A DNA stretch of 63,822 bases, filler included, from Craspedostauros australis (lineage: Eukaryota), in the NCBI GenBank assembly GCA_030167865.1. It is 9 parts of 9 records of this genome, joined end to end, with 100 filler letters (N's around TTAATTAATTAA, not from the genome) between each part and the next. Parts side by side here need not be neighbours in the genome. Positions count along the whole stretch, not along the records: positions 44,389 to 47,594 come from JALAGF010006355.1; positions 47,695 to 49,947 come from JALAGF010006358.1; positions 50,048 to 62,078 come from JALAGF010006359.1; 6 more parts are not named here. One strand, 5' to 3'. Position 1 is the stretch's first letter. Every line of letters starts with the position of its first letter. Made by a program: the position numbers and the translations under genes. Under the pieces are notes generated by a model. The model worked only from the letters and a program-made list of their open reading frames with translations, did not search any database and was not told where the DNA came from. This document shows positions 44,389 to 57,684 of the stretch, piece by piece.

Positions 44389-47300
44389 TTCTCAACACCC
44401 TTGAACTGCCCATACGACTGGTTCATCCATGTCACGTCTCGTGTGATTAGGATCCTTGCCGTTGCGAGGTTCATCATTCGGTATACACCGCTCGCGTGTG
44501 ACTGTCCGTATCCGACGAACATGGCAGGCTTGGACCGATCGTCCAGTTTCGCCTTGATCACTCGGCCTCCGATGAACACCATGCCAATCTCGCCGAACAA
44601 ACGCAGTCCGTCCACGTATGTGGGAGTCTGCCCATTGAATAGTACGCAAGCCGGTTCTCTCGACTTCGTTCCAATGATGTTCTCGAGTTGCGTTGCTGTT
44701 CTCGCTGCTTCAGCCCATAGCTTCCCTCGTAGGTGCTTTGGTAGGTGGGTTTGGTTGAGCATCGCCCTGACCTTTCCGTATAGTACAGCGAACTTTCGTT
44801 CCACGCGACCATTCTGCTGTGGAGTTGAAGCTGCCGTGTATTCGAATATCGGGCCGAATCCCACCTTGAGTAGCTGCGCCTCTGCGCTGTAGTTCTCGCC
44901 TGCGTTGTCACATCTGATATTCTCGACAGTCACGTTCTGATTCGCCTTGAGCCATCTCAAGAGCGACATCATCTTCGATCCCACTTCGCTCTTCTCTTTG
45001 ATGAAGTAGCTCCAGCAGTAGTCGCTGTAGTCGTCAATGATCAGGAGCCAGAATTTTCCGCGACCAAAACTGTACGTCTGGACACTGGAGGTATCCATGA
45101 ACAGCCGTTCGCCAACTCTGTTCGCCTTCGGCTGTGACATTTTCGACAAACACTTTTGTCGAGATTTGCCGATGGCGCAGTCCTCACATGGATTCATTCG
45201 TCCTATGACATTCCATCCGTACCGCGCAGCAGTGCGCGAGATAGTGTAAGTGTCAACGTGGCCTAACATTTTATGGATTTGATTGATGTCGACCGCCTTG
45301 CCGGTGGACACACCAATGTTTGCCATCTCATGTTCNNNNNNNNNCGCCACCATGTTCACGCCGGAAACGAATCCACTGTGAGTCGCCATGATGCGGTCGA
45401 AACGGATACGCAATCCGTTCTTCTCGAGAGCCATCACCACACCCTTGTTGCTGATATCGAATCCGCTTTCGAGTGCCTTCGTGATACTCAGGAGGTTGAC
45501 CCAAAGCTTGGGAACGAACTTCACCGCCTTGAGGATGATGATGACCTCGGAGCCATCCTTCTGCATCACCTTCATGCGTTTGTCGCCCACCTTCGTTGCT
45601 TTGAGGTAGCGCCCGCTTCCCACCTTGACTGCAAAGCTCGCGAGGCGCACATTCGTCATACCCTCGTCGCAGTTAGTGAGGTGGCAGGATGCCCCCGAGT
45701 CGCCAAGCCAGGTGTTTGCCTCGTGGCGATCTGGCGCGATGGTCTTCTTGCGTTCGCCGGCGTCGTACATGTCGCCGATCACCATGGCTAGCTCATGCGC
45801 ATGGTTGTACCCGTAGATGGGCAACTCGTCGAACATGTGCCCGTCGCGCACGCCGTTGTCCGATGGATGGTGAATCCAGAGCAGGCGATCCGCGGCCATG
45901 GCGCTCATACGCGAGATCAGGTTCTTCGGGAGTGGCGGGAGACGATTCTCCTCAAGCAAATCGTTGATGTCGATTGCCTTGCTCGCCACATCGTATGCTC
46001 CGATCACGCCAATGGTCATCAGCATGAAGTACACACTCCGCACTTCCATGCGGTTCTCGTCGATGCCTTGGTATGCCTCCATCGCGTCATAGCAGNNNNN
46101 NNNNNNNNNNNNNNNNNNNNNNNNNNNNNNNNNNNNNNNNNNNNNCACACCCTTGTTGCTGATGTCGAATCCGCTTTCGAGTGCCTTCGTGATGCTCAGG
46201 AGGTTGACCCAAAGCTTGGGGACGAACTTGACCGCCTTGAGGATGATGATGACCTCCGAGCCATCCTTCTGCATCACCTTCATGCGTTTGTCGCCCANNN
46301 NNNNNNNNNNNNNNNNNNNNNNNNNNNNNNNNNNNNNNNNNNNNNNNNNNNNNNNNNNNNNNNNNNNNNNNNNNNNNNNNNNNNNNNNNNNNNNNNNNNN
46401 NNNNNNNNNNNNNNNNNNNNNNNNNNNNNNNNNNNNNNNNNNNNNNNNNNNNNNNNNNNNNNNNCCGGCGTCGTACATGTCGCCGATCACCATGGCTAGC
46501 TCATGCGCATGGTTGTACCCGTAGATGGGCAACTCGTCGAACATGTGCCCGTCCCGCACACCGTTGTTGGAAGGATGATGGATCCAGAGCAGGCGATCTG
46601 CGGCCATGGCGCTCATACGCGAGATCAGGTTCTTCGGGAGTGGCGGGAGACGATTCTCCTCAAGCAAATCGTTGATGTCGATTGCCTTGCTCGCCACNNN
46701 NNNNNNNNNNNNNNNNNNNNNNNNNNNNNNNNNNNNNNNNNNNNNNNNNNNNNNNNNNNNNNNNNNNNNNNNNNNNNNNNNNNNNNNNNNNNNNNNNNNN
46801 NNNNNNNNNNNNNNNNNNNNNNNNNNNNNNTTCGCAGGCATCACGTTGGACAGCGAGCATCTCACCGCATAGGGAGGGTTGTCGCTTCCAAGGATTTGGC
46901 GGCGTTGGAGCTTCTCGGCTGGTGTCACAGGCACGTCTCCCTTTGGTCCTCCTGGGATGAGGATCAAGAATGGGCAGAACGGACAGTCAACACACCACGA
47001 GAACAAAGGCCCTTTGGTCAGGCACAGTGGGCACCATGCGTTGTCGTTGTCGCGCCGAGACGCAGTCTCGATCAATCCGTCCAAGTAGGAGCGGATGGGG
47101 CGCACGTTGTAGACCGGCTCTGGTCGCCTTGCTGAGGCCGTCGCGTGGAGGTCGATGCCGGGCATCGCGATCTCGTTGCTTTCGGTTTTGTCAGCTTCGC
47201 TCTCATCAGACGAGAACAAGTTGTCGCTCATCATGCGATCCGCGTCGACTTGCGGTCCGTAGTAACCGTAGTCGTTCGGGCTGCGGATCCCAACCACTTC

Positions 47301-47594
47301 GATCGATCCCTCGTCGTTGTCGTTGTTGGTTCCGTTGTAGAACCCTGCAGCCAAGTCTCCGTCGACGACCATGAGAGCCATGTCCTCCATGAGGTTTTCG
47401 ATGTTGCTCTCCGTGTCGTGGATGCGTGTTGTCACGATTTCGTGGTCGGTGAGAATTTGTTTTTCGCTCACATTTTTGGTGTTGCGCGCGATTTCTCCGT
47501 CCTCCGCGATTTCGTGACACAACATCACATCATCGACGCTGACCAGCGCGACGTCGTCCATGCCGTCCATCCCGTCGGTAGCCACATTGGCTGA
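44389..47594 (-). mobile_element. Ty1/copia pol fragment: protease, pre-integrase HHCC, integrase, with a long unusual region upstream of the protease
   Basis: WLGDSGASCHLT, VKFVPKLWVNLLSI, HKMLGH..CEDCAIGK, IIDDYSDYCWSYFIKEKS, IRCDNAGEN, TPQQNGRVERK, LWAEAARTA and KLDDRSKPAMFVGY. Confidence 0.92.
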
Positions 47595-47694
47595 NNNNNN
47601 NNNNNNNNNNNNNNNNNNNNNNNNNNNNNNNNNNNNNNTTAATTAATTAANNNNNNNNNNNNNNNNNNNNNNNNNNNNNNNNNNNNNNNNNNNN

Positions 47695-49946
47695 TGCTCT
47701 GGAATGCATGTTGCTGTGTCCAGGATGGACGATGGGTCAACTTCAAGTGTCGATCCGATTTTGTCGGAGACGCGCGTTACTGGAGCCACCTTGAGAGGTG
47801 CCGTGTTGGTCTCGATCATCCCTTGGACAAACTTCTCGACTTCGAATGCACTTGGCTGTGGCCATGGCCCTGGACGGATGGTCGTGACTTGACGACGGAG
47901 CAGTTCGAATGCGAGACGATAGTGATGATTCTCAGAGATGGCGTTCCACACGGAGCGAGTCCTTTTGAAGAAAGTGTTTCCACTGATTCTGGATTCGGGA
48001 GGAAGAAAACCCTTCATCATCAAGTATTCCGGATCCTGGTACGACCATGGCTCTGGTTTGGCCGATGACATGTAGTCAAAGGCACCGAAGCTGGGGTTCA
48101 TGATGCCGGTTCGAATGAAAGTGCTCAGTCTGTTGACGAATTGGCCGATAGCGTAGTCAGTTGCTTGTCTCCTGAGGTCGTCGCAACGAATCTCGCAGTG
48201 AAGGTCGACTTCGAAGTGTCTCTCCATGTCCGAGTAGAAGTCTTCGTAGACGTCTTGGAATGGCGTTGGTCCCTCTTCGACCATGTCGTCTGGATCCGGC
48301 TGCCACCAATCGGCCATGTTGATGCTTGCTTCTTCTGCTTTAGCCGGTTTTGGAGCGAACGTTGGAAGGACGATGTTGGTTGGTTGTGGATTCAATGTAT
48401 TGAATCGACCTCGAAGTCTGCGCAACAAGTAGTGAGCGTCTACCTTGAATTGGTGTAGGTCGATGGAGAGAGAGTCGCTGCCCTCGCGTTGGAGAGGTTC
48501 GATTGTATGTAGGCAATCGACGACAGCTTGTGAGAATGTTATGATCGATGACGAGTCGGGGTGCAATTCCCTGGGTGTTGTGGCTTGTTCAATCTCTTCC
48601 AAAGTAACTACTGCGGGGCAGAAGTAGTAGTCATCGGTATCTTCGTTGTCTAACCATGCGGCTTTGCCTCCCATGCGCGCATACGTGAATCGCTTTGGTT
48701 GTTTGCGATTTCTCGTGCTTCGAGGTCTTACTGGCGTTGGTTCAAGCTTAGGCATGATTGGTGTCGTGGAACCGGTTTCAGTTAGTGTCGGATCTGAAGG
48801 TGGTAATGGAGTTGCCGGTTCCGAGATTGGTGACTCTCGGAGAGGTGAGTCCAATTGCGGTTGAAGTGTTCGCTGGTCCGGTGACTCTATAGTAGGGTCA
48901 GGTANNNNNNNNNNNNNNNNNNNNNNNNNNNNNNNNNNNNNNNNNNNNNNNNNNTCCAATTGCGGTTGAAGTGTTCGCTGGTCCGGTGACTCTATAGTAG
49001 GGTCAGGTACCGGGGACTCATCGGGAGCTCCCTCTGTCAAAGACATTTGCTTGTTGGCTCCCTCTGAAGCTGGCATCGGAGGGGCGAGAGTTTCACTCAT
49101 GAGATCCGGGATCTGTTGTGTCGTTGGTTGCGACTCTTTCGCCAATACCTGTGGCGCTCTTTCACGGATGGTTCGTTGGTTTCGCGTCTCAGTTATCGGT
49201 GGTGGAGTATTATTGTCGTTGCGTTGTAACCGGTTGTGGTCTCGCGTGTCTGATGCAAAGATGTCGTCCTGCTCCATTGATTCCACATCGTCGTCATCGA
49301 ATGGATATTGAAAGGTGGTGTCACCGAACATGCAAGTCCATTCTTCCGATTGATAGCTTGGAAGTTGCTTCAAGTCGGTAGCAATTGTTGCGAACCAGTC
49401 GTCGAACACAACATGGAACTGTGGTGTGATCGAACCTGTCCGTGGTGATAGGACCAGGGGTACGGTTGAAGCATGCTTCGTGGAGAGACCCATGTTCACG
49501 TACCTCTCTCCTCTTGGTTCCCATCGGGGTATCTTGCGCCCGTCGGCCAATGCTTTGTTAAGGACATAGACTGGACTGCCCCATACGTGCAGGTTATGAA
49601 GTTGCTTGAGGGGAAGACGGATGCGTGACAGAACATCNNNNNNNNNNNNNNNNNNNNNNNNNNNNNNNNNNNNNNNNNNNNNNNNNNNNNNNNNNNNNNN
49701 NNNNNNNNNNNNNAGTTGAGCGTCAAACATCGTTGGCCAGTGGATGCTTTGATGCATCATCATGGTTCGGGCCATTGAGACAATCGTTCGAATGCTTCGC
49801 TCGGCGATTCCATTGTGGTGATGTGCGCCAACACCTGCGAATCGATGGACTTGATGGAATATCTCAAGGTGTTTGGAGTATTCGGGTGAGGTGAAGGTGG
49901 TGGCGTTATCTGATAGATACGATCGTACGGGGACTCCAACATCACG
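47695..49946 (-). mobile_element. Ty1/copia (CoDi-like) integrase C-terminal half followed by a long non-RT region
   Basis: GVGAHHHNGIAERSIRTIVSMARTMMMH..HWP, LHVWGSPVYVL..KIPRWEPR, HASTVPLVLSPRTGSITPQFHVVFDDWF. Confidence 0.88.
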
Positions 49947-50991
49947 ANNNNNNNNNNNNNNNNNNNNNNNNNNNNNNNNNNNNNNNNNNNNTTAATTAAT
50001 TAANNNNNNNNNNNNNNNNNNNNNNNNNNNNNNNNNNNNNNNNNNNNGTCTGTCCGTTTTGTCCGGTCATTTTGTCCGGTCTGTCCGGTCTGACCTAGTT
50101 TCTCCGGTTTTGTCCGGTCTCTCTTGATGGGTGTGAACGAACCACAATTGAAGTAAAATAGCGTAACCCTAATTATGCTTTTTGGGATTTCGGCTGATTC
50201 ACTTTTCTGTCTCAACGCAGTGTATTAAGTCCCGTTAAAGTAAGTCACGAGCTAGAAAAGTGAAAATCGGACAAAATGTTGGGTGTTCCTGAACTTCGCT
50301 TGTGTCCATTCATCGTCCATTCTCTGTCAAGGGCACCAACGAAGAACACTGCGACATTCATTACCGTTTCCAAGTGTTTCTCTCTCATCTCCTTCACTGT
50401 CCATCTGGAGCCATTTCGAGCTGTCGGCACAACAGCGTCCAATCCTGTGCGGTGCTACCGCGATGTCTCAAACGCCGCGACCGGAAACGAGACAGCGCTT
50501 GCGAGTGTCCCTGCCAACAGTCTGTTGTCATGAAGGAGAGCACCAGCACTCACATCGCATTCCTCCGCTCTCGATCCTTGGAGCTGAACGTGCCTGCGTC
50601 CTCGCTTCAGAGAAGCAGAGAGGCAGAGAGAGACAGAGAGAGCATTGCCACTTCATTCATAATACACAAACACATCCACGTGCCAACACCAACACCGAAT
50701 CTGCTGTGTTGGTCTTCCTGCAGCTGCTCGTTGACTTTTGCACTGACTGGTGATACTTTTATAATAAACAACTTGGCGACTGCACCAACATCGAACCCAA
50801 AACACTTGATCGTCCATCACAAGTGGGGAGATATAATACCATCTCTCTGTCTCTCTTCATCAGCGCTGCCATCGTGATCAGCAGCCACTCTTTCAAGACA
50901 GTGTCGGTATAGCCCGACGGGTCTCGCAACATCGGACCCCGCAATACTTCGCACCATTCGAAACCATCGATCGACGAAGGCATCAAACACC

Positions 50992-53900
50992 ATGGCAGAC
51001 AAAACAACTCCCTGTGAGCAGACGGATGATCAAACGTACGCTTCATCACATCCAGGGACAGACACTCCCGATGATCCCAAGCACAGTATCTACGACGACG
51101 ATGGCAACGATGACGATGACGAACAGTGGGATCAATTCCAGTTCAACACCTTCGTGGGACGCGAAGATGAGCTGGAACGATTGAACTCGATCTACGGCCG
51201 CATATGTCGCAAACCACTGACGAAGCACACTCGTGATGACAGCAGCAGTGCCGATAGCAACAAGGATGCACAGATCGTCCTCATCCACGGCTATTCTGGG
51301 ACGGGCAAATCAGCATTGGTGGACCGTTTCTTGCATAGATTGAATGATGGCGCAACCAAGTCACCATCGCCGCCCCCATCGTCTCCACCATCTCAAACTG
51401 CAACATCCGCAATTGCTCACTCTGTACAGAATGAAGCACCCGCACCATCAAACAAGCGACGAACTGACTCGCATCCATGTCACTACGGAAAGGGAAAGTA
51501 CGACCAATTCAATGCAGGTGGCAATCTTTCGGCTATTGTGGATGCGCTGTCACATTTCTTTCGGAGCCTTGTTGCATCTGGCGACACCGAAGAATGCGAC
51601 CGGATCAGGATGGGACTCAATCAGAGGATGGATGCCACACGCCGCATGTTTGTGTGTCGAGCAATTCCGGGACTCACATCTTTATTGACAGAGAACGAAA
51701 CTAACCCTGTCGACAACTGTGGAAGCGTGGCCGGGATCGTTAGCTCACATGGTGTTGTGCGCGGCAACGCAAACGAGTTGCTTCGCGAAGACCAGGCGTC
51801 GGTTTCTTCGGGCTCGATAGCTTCGGGGAGCATGATGAACACAGGCACGTTCTCCCATGCGGGATCCAAAACGAATGAGTGGGTTCAGCTGGTGTACAGC
51901 TTCAAGGTCGTTCTGAAGGCCATCTGCACGGACGGCCGTCCTCTCGTGCTCTATCTGGATGGTGAGTGATAGCAATGGGATTGTCTGTTTCATGTGTGCG
52001 ATGTTCCTCCACGGCCTCGGCGCGGCATCGACACTTGCATACTTGCATGGAGTACCAGTGCGTATGTGAACCGCCCATTCCTTCCAGCTCATGTGTACGA
52101 GTACAACGTCACAACGCACCACTCTGAACCACCGTCGTATCTTTCACATTCCCAATCTCTCACATTTGCACACCTGTACTCGCACGATCAGACCTTCAAT
52201 GGGTTGACGAACGATCTCTCAAGCTCACTACGGAGATCTTGATCGACCAATCCATCCGCAACCTTCTCATCATCGGATCATACCGATCCAACGAGGTGCA
52301 CAACGATCCTCAGCATCAACTCACCACAGCTGTCTCACAATGGAAAAACAACGGGAAGACCATCCATGACATTCCCCTCAATGATCTCACAGTCACCCAC
52401 ACTGCGGAGCTCCTCGCATCGTCACTTCGGTTGGACACCATGAAAACAACGCCGCTCGCCAAGCTGCTCCACGACAAGACCAAAGGCAACGTTCTCTACA
52501 CCATGCAAGCGTTGGAGGGACTGCGCCGTCGCAAGGTTCTGACTCGCAACATCCACACAATGCAATGGGAATGGGATGAGCAACGAGCAGCCGATGAAAT
52601 TGATCTATCAGCGAATGTAGTCGACCTGATCACATCGAAGCTGCAGTCACTGCCTGAGGATCTTCGGAGGTGCTTGCAGATGGCTTCATTTCTGCGATCG
52701 ACATTCCGCCGGTCGTTGTTGGAGACGCTGATGGACATGGAGATTGAACACCAGCAGCAGAAGGCAGATGGTGGAGGCACCATGCGTATCTTGGCAGTGG
52801 CCGAGATGAGCGTAGGTGACGCACTGAATCTAGCAGTGAAGGAAGAACTGCTGGAGAGACTCGATGTCGACACAGCAGCCGCCACAGAGATAGCTGAAGG
52901 CACAGTCACCTCAGGTGCGACGTTCCGCTTCGTCCACGACCGAATCCAACAGGCGGCCTTTTCGTTGACTCCTCCGGGTGACGAACTAGACCAAATGAAG
53001 TATCAGGTTGGTAAACACCTCATGGAGATCGCGTCTGATCCCATGCTGGGTGAAGATTGGATGTGGTTTGTGGCCGCGGATCATCTGGAGAATGCATCTT
53101 CACTCACAACCACCAACACTCTCATCCCTGAGCTTGATCTGATCAAGCTGAACCTCAAGGTTGGGCAGCTCGCCGTTGGCGTGGCTGCGTTTCTCCCAGC
53201 AATGAAATACTTGAACCGGGCATTGACGAATCTGGAAGTCAAGATAGCTGACCCTTGGAGGACGCAGCATGAGCTGTGTTTGGAGATCCACCATAGATTA
53301 TCTGAGGTTGAGCTGACCCTCGGCAACTACGAGAAGGGGTCGATCCTGTGCCAGGCCATCATCGACAACTGCGACAACTCCATTGAAGACATCGTCAAGG
53401 CGAACATATCGCTCGCCGTGGCTCTCGAACGGATGGAGAGATACGAGGAGGCGTGTAACTTGCACCTTCGGTCGCTCAAGTTGCTGGGGACATTCCCAAT
53501 GAGAAACCATCTATTCCTGGCACTGAGAGACTTCAGAAAGCTCAAGAAGTACTTCGCGAAGCACACGGATGAGGAGGTGCTGAACCTTCCCGTCATGACC
53601 GATCCCAACATGTTGATGACAGTGAAGATCTTACAGTACCTCGGATCTGTTGCCTACATGGTTGGCAGGGATGCGACATTGCTGCTTACAGGATTTCGCC
53701 AGGTGACGTTGATGCTGAAGCATGGGCTAAGTGGCGAAGGTGCCTATGGCTCTTATGTGACGCGCTCGGTCGCATTACATGTCATGAAGGATGTGAAATT
53801 CGCAAAACGGTTGCAAACGCTCCCGGCAAGGATTCTCGCTACGACGGACTCCAAATACATGATGTGCCAGTTCTTCATGGCAGATACAGCATTCCTGGCT

Positions 53901-55091
53901 ACATGGTCTGAGCCTGTACATGTATGTTTCGCGGCCTTTCAAAAAGGCCATCGAGCTGGGATGGAGGCAGGTGACTTAACTCGTGCATACCGATGCTGGG
54001 GGATGTGCATAACGCATGGCTTCTTGTGCGGGGTCCCGCTTGTGTCCTTGCACCGCACTGTGAAGATGCTCCTGGTGCAAGCCGAGCATTACAACCTGAC
54101 AGAGATATCCAACTCGTATGGACAAGTCCAACGTTTCTTCGAGATCTTGCTGGGCATGTCGTCTTCTCGACTTCAAGGCGAAGTGATTCGGGAGCAATCA
54201 GGTGAACAATCAATCGGGCATTGGAAGGATCAGTCTGATGTCCCATCAGTCAAAGACATGGATCGTGAGCAACGCATTCATTGGGGTGTATGGTACTGGT
54301 GCTACGAGCAATTAACGATGTACTTCGGTGAATTGGAGCTGGGGAAGATCTGCATGGGGCCATCAAAAGCTAGCGCTGGGCTCGACCATACCTTTGCTCG
54401 GCAGACCGGGAGAATGTTTCAAGGTGGGCTCACCATGTCCAGGATGGCGCAAAAGACGGACTGCAAGAGTAAGCGGAGGAAGTATCACCGCAAGGCGGCA
54501 AACTACACGGCAGAACTTCGTCTTCTGGTCGAGAGGAATGGCGGCAACAACCTCCATCGGTACCTCATCATGGAGGCAGACACGATGGCAGCAAGAAGGA
54601 AGCAACCCGAACAGAAGGTGAAGGCAGCGTACGACAAGGCCATTTCCTATTGCGCCAGATCGGGACATGTCAATGACGCGGCGCTGGCAAATGAGCTTGC
54701 CGCTGAGTACTTTCTGAACAAGCACACAGGCACACTGGCACTGTCTGGGCCTTTGCCAAGCACAACTTTGAGCGGTCCCTTACGAAGCTCCGATGTTGAG
54801 AGCACAGGTGTCCTGGATGACGATAAAGACTTCTACTGGCCGCAGCAGTATCTGGGAAATGCCATCTCGTTGTACAACGAATGGGGAGCAAGGGCAAAGG
54901 TAGAGCAGCTGTTGGAGAAGCATCCGAATCTTGTAGATCGAAGCATGCTGGAGGGTGGTGTTGGTGGGGACAACGGGGAAGGTGGCGAGCGGCGACGGAA
55001 ACGAAGAACCGCCAAGCACACGGCAGACACGCGGATGTGCGTTGCCGCAGCCCACAAGATCATGGCAGAGGTGAACTTTGATGCACTGTAA
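50992..55091 (+). CDS. STAND-class P-loop NTPase with TPR-like C-terminus, 1289 aa; join(50992..51961,52192..55091)
   Basis: FVGREDEL, Walker A GYSGTGKS, GKGKYDQ. Intron GTGAGT (51962) to CAG (52191) restores Walker B LYLDDLQWVD in frame. Then IIGSYRSNEV, KTKGNVLY, FRFVHDRIQQAA and LYNEWGARAKV. Confidence 0.92.
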
Positions 55092-55160
55092 CTGATCCTA
55101 CCATTTCAGATGCGTAACTTTACAAGCAGACTGGCTCGGAGGAGAACTCCGACTAATCTC

Positions 55161-55777
55161 TGTCAGCGATTGTGGAATCGCGATGATAATATAGCTAAAC
55201 TAGCAGTTAGGCCAAGGAAGGATTTCTTGGCACACATGACTCGTTTTCCCACGAATTGGCCCAAACCACGTTTCGGACATAACCACGTTTGGAGCAGGCA
55301 CAAGTCATTAACGGAGATCTTTGAAACCCAGGATGCATGGAAAAAAGGATTCCAATGACTGGGTCATCGGAACCCCTCCCCACCAAAAACTTGATGCTGG
55401 TACAAGACTGCCGGATCAAAGGATCGGTACCGCACAGGAACGCACACCAAAAACCTTCACCTCACAAGCCAATCAACAAAAGGATCCTCTCCCACAGTAC
55501 TCAGGCTATGCGACCCACATGTCCAGTCATTTAGAGCAACACAGGAGATCCTCCCTGATGAGAAGAACCATAGCAATAACACTCATAATCTGCATGTTTC
55601 TCCACCCATCATCAGTATTCTCAATCAACTACTTGTGATCAGAACACTCTCATCCGGACCACTTGACCATCAAGCCTTTGCCAACAGCTATACAACAGCC
55701 AGCAAAGACCACAGCCAGAATGCTTAGGCTCTATTAGTCTGTCTTGGCATTCATCTTGGTGTCTGGTGGAACTGACA
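55161..55777. mobile_element. LTR-like element, family B (TGTCAG...CTGACA)
   Basis: 6-bp terminal inverted repeat, and its right half is homologous to 33283-33600. No TSD found, so the left boundary is uncertain. Confidence 0.5.
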
Positions 55778-56472
55778 TGGATATATTAATGGTGGAGGCC
55801 AGCAATCTGGACCATTCATTTGGTGTTGCTGCACTGACAACTATTGGTGCTGTTTGTTGGAAATCTGGGGCTAATGTTAGTAGGAACTAATCCATTGTTA
55901 GATCGTACTGTCTTAGAACTGTGAGCTCAATCTCTTCAGCTCTTTCGACGTTTGTTTCACATGTAGCATCTTCTGCAGCAGCAGCATGTTATACTGTTGC
56001 ACTCATGCTATCTTCATCATGCACTCTCGCTTGCATTCATCAATCCTTTCCTCAGCCATCATTGTCATGCATTTCATCATGCATATCATCATCTACATTC
56101 ACTGCAGTACGATTCCACAGTCATGTATTTCTCTTTTGATCTCCTGACACCAAACTTTACGATTGGTGTCATGCTTGATGCCCTTTCTGAATTGTTCTAC
56201 TCTGCAAGTGGCACATGTCTTGATCTCCAGATGGGGTGATCACCAATCTGTTGGTCATCGATCTTCTCTCATGACGTCGATGTTTGCCTTGTCGTGATTC
56301 CGTGTTTGATGCTGGGACATCCTGTTTTTCCGATGTCGTGGCTTTTCTTGATTCGCAGAGGACAGGCTGATTTACTTGGAGTTGAGATTCAATGAGGGAC
56401 AGACTATTACCGGACACGGTATCAACCCGATGGGAGAAATTCTTGTTTTGGCGCGAAATCTTCCACTTGATT

Positions 56473-57681
56473 AGAGGGATATCGCATTTCACATTCACAC
56501 CCCTCCATTCATGTCACATGTGGCACTCACGTTCGGATTTCACATTGGTACTCGTGACTCGTTCGTGACCTACACAGAAAGACGACCAATGTGACTGAAT
56601 CGGCTTCTCTTCTGTAGAATAGAGCTCTAGTTTAGACTGATATGATCTGAATGCTTCGTTGCATGTTATCGCATCACTTGTTGAGACCAAAGGTTGATAG
56701 GATCATTAATGGGTGTGCTCTGAGTTNNNNNNNNNNNNNNNNNNNNNNNNNNNNNNNNNNNNNNNNNNNNNNNNNNCAAAGGTTGATAGGATCATTAATG
56801 GGTGTGCTCTGAGTTGCACGCAACGCACATCCCTCTTTCTCCTCTTAGGAGCTTCGTGTTCTGAGAGTTTCGCTGCCATCTCTTCTGTCTCAACTTTGCC
56901 ACTACCAGAGGTCCGGTAACATATGCGCAAGCACTTTGTCCCTGCTGATTCATAGCTTGTTCAAGGCTCTGTTGCCAATATCGATGACAGANACCTCTTG
57001 ATCACTGTATCATGGAGATGGATCAGCAGTTTGTTGTCCAATAGAAGGTCTCCACGCAGTCTACACAGAACTATTGCGATTGCACGTTGGGTTGGTTGGA
57101 GACCAACAACGACTTCCGATATGGCAGTCAGGATCTCCAAAAGATGCAAAATCCGCGTTGGTCGAAGTCCCTGGTCGTATCTGACTACACTAGTCCTCAG
57201 AGCATCAGGAACACGCCGCGGATGTTGTATCGAGTGAAATAGGATATGAGCAAAGATTACTCAGCTGGATCATGAAGGGGTCCTTTTATAATTGCGCGCA
57301 GATATCATATGTGAAGCTTACAGGCATATTCGACATCGTAANNNNNNNNNNNNNNNNNNNNNNNNNNNNNNNNNNNNNNNNNNNNNNNNNNCGGAATGCT
57401 AGTTTCATCATCACTAGCATCTCAAAAAATATCATTGTCACGACAAGGACGACTCAACATTTCTGCAAATGAAGAAAAATGATTGGCCATTGGTTTCGTT
57501 CCAACACGTGGAAGGTTGGATTGCCGGGACTGCAATGTGAAACTCAATTGTGTTTTTGGCTCCTAAAACGCAATCGAGTTTCACTTTCCGAGGGGGAAGT
57601 TCGCATGTTGCCCCTCTAAAAATGTCATTATCAGGTTATTTTGTACCGTGGGACTCCCAATGTGAAATGCGATAGGCCTCT
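56473..57681. mobile_element. Non-autonomous TIR DNA transposon 1 (23-bp TIR, ATT TSD; PIF/Harbinger-like)
   Basis: Left end AGAGGGATATCGCATTTCACATT versus right-end reverse complement AGAGGCCTATCGCATTTCACATT (21/23). ATT on both sides. Confidence 0.85.
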
Positions 57682-57684
57682 ATT

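Noticed and set aside
45440..46697. Apparent ~550 bp tandem duplication inside the copia pol
   Set aside because: The copies are separated and broken by N gaps and differ by few SNPs. Most likely two genomic copies or haplotypes scaffolded together.
48848..49008. Identical ~55 bp direct repeat (a similar case lies at 56687-56815)
   Set aside because: The copies sit directly on either side of an N gap, indicating unmerged contig overlap.
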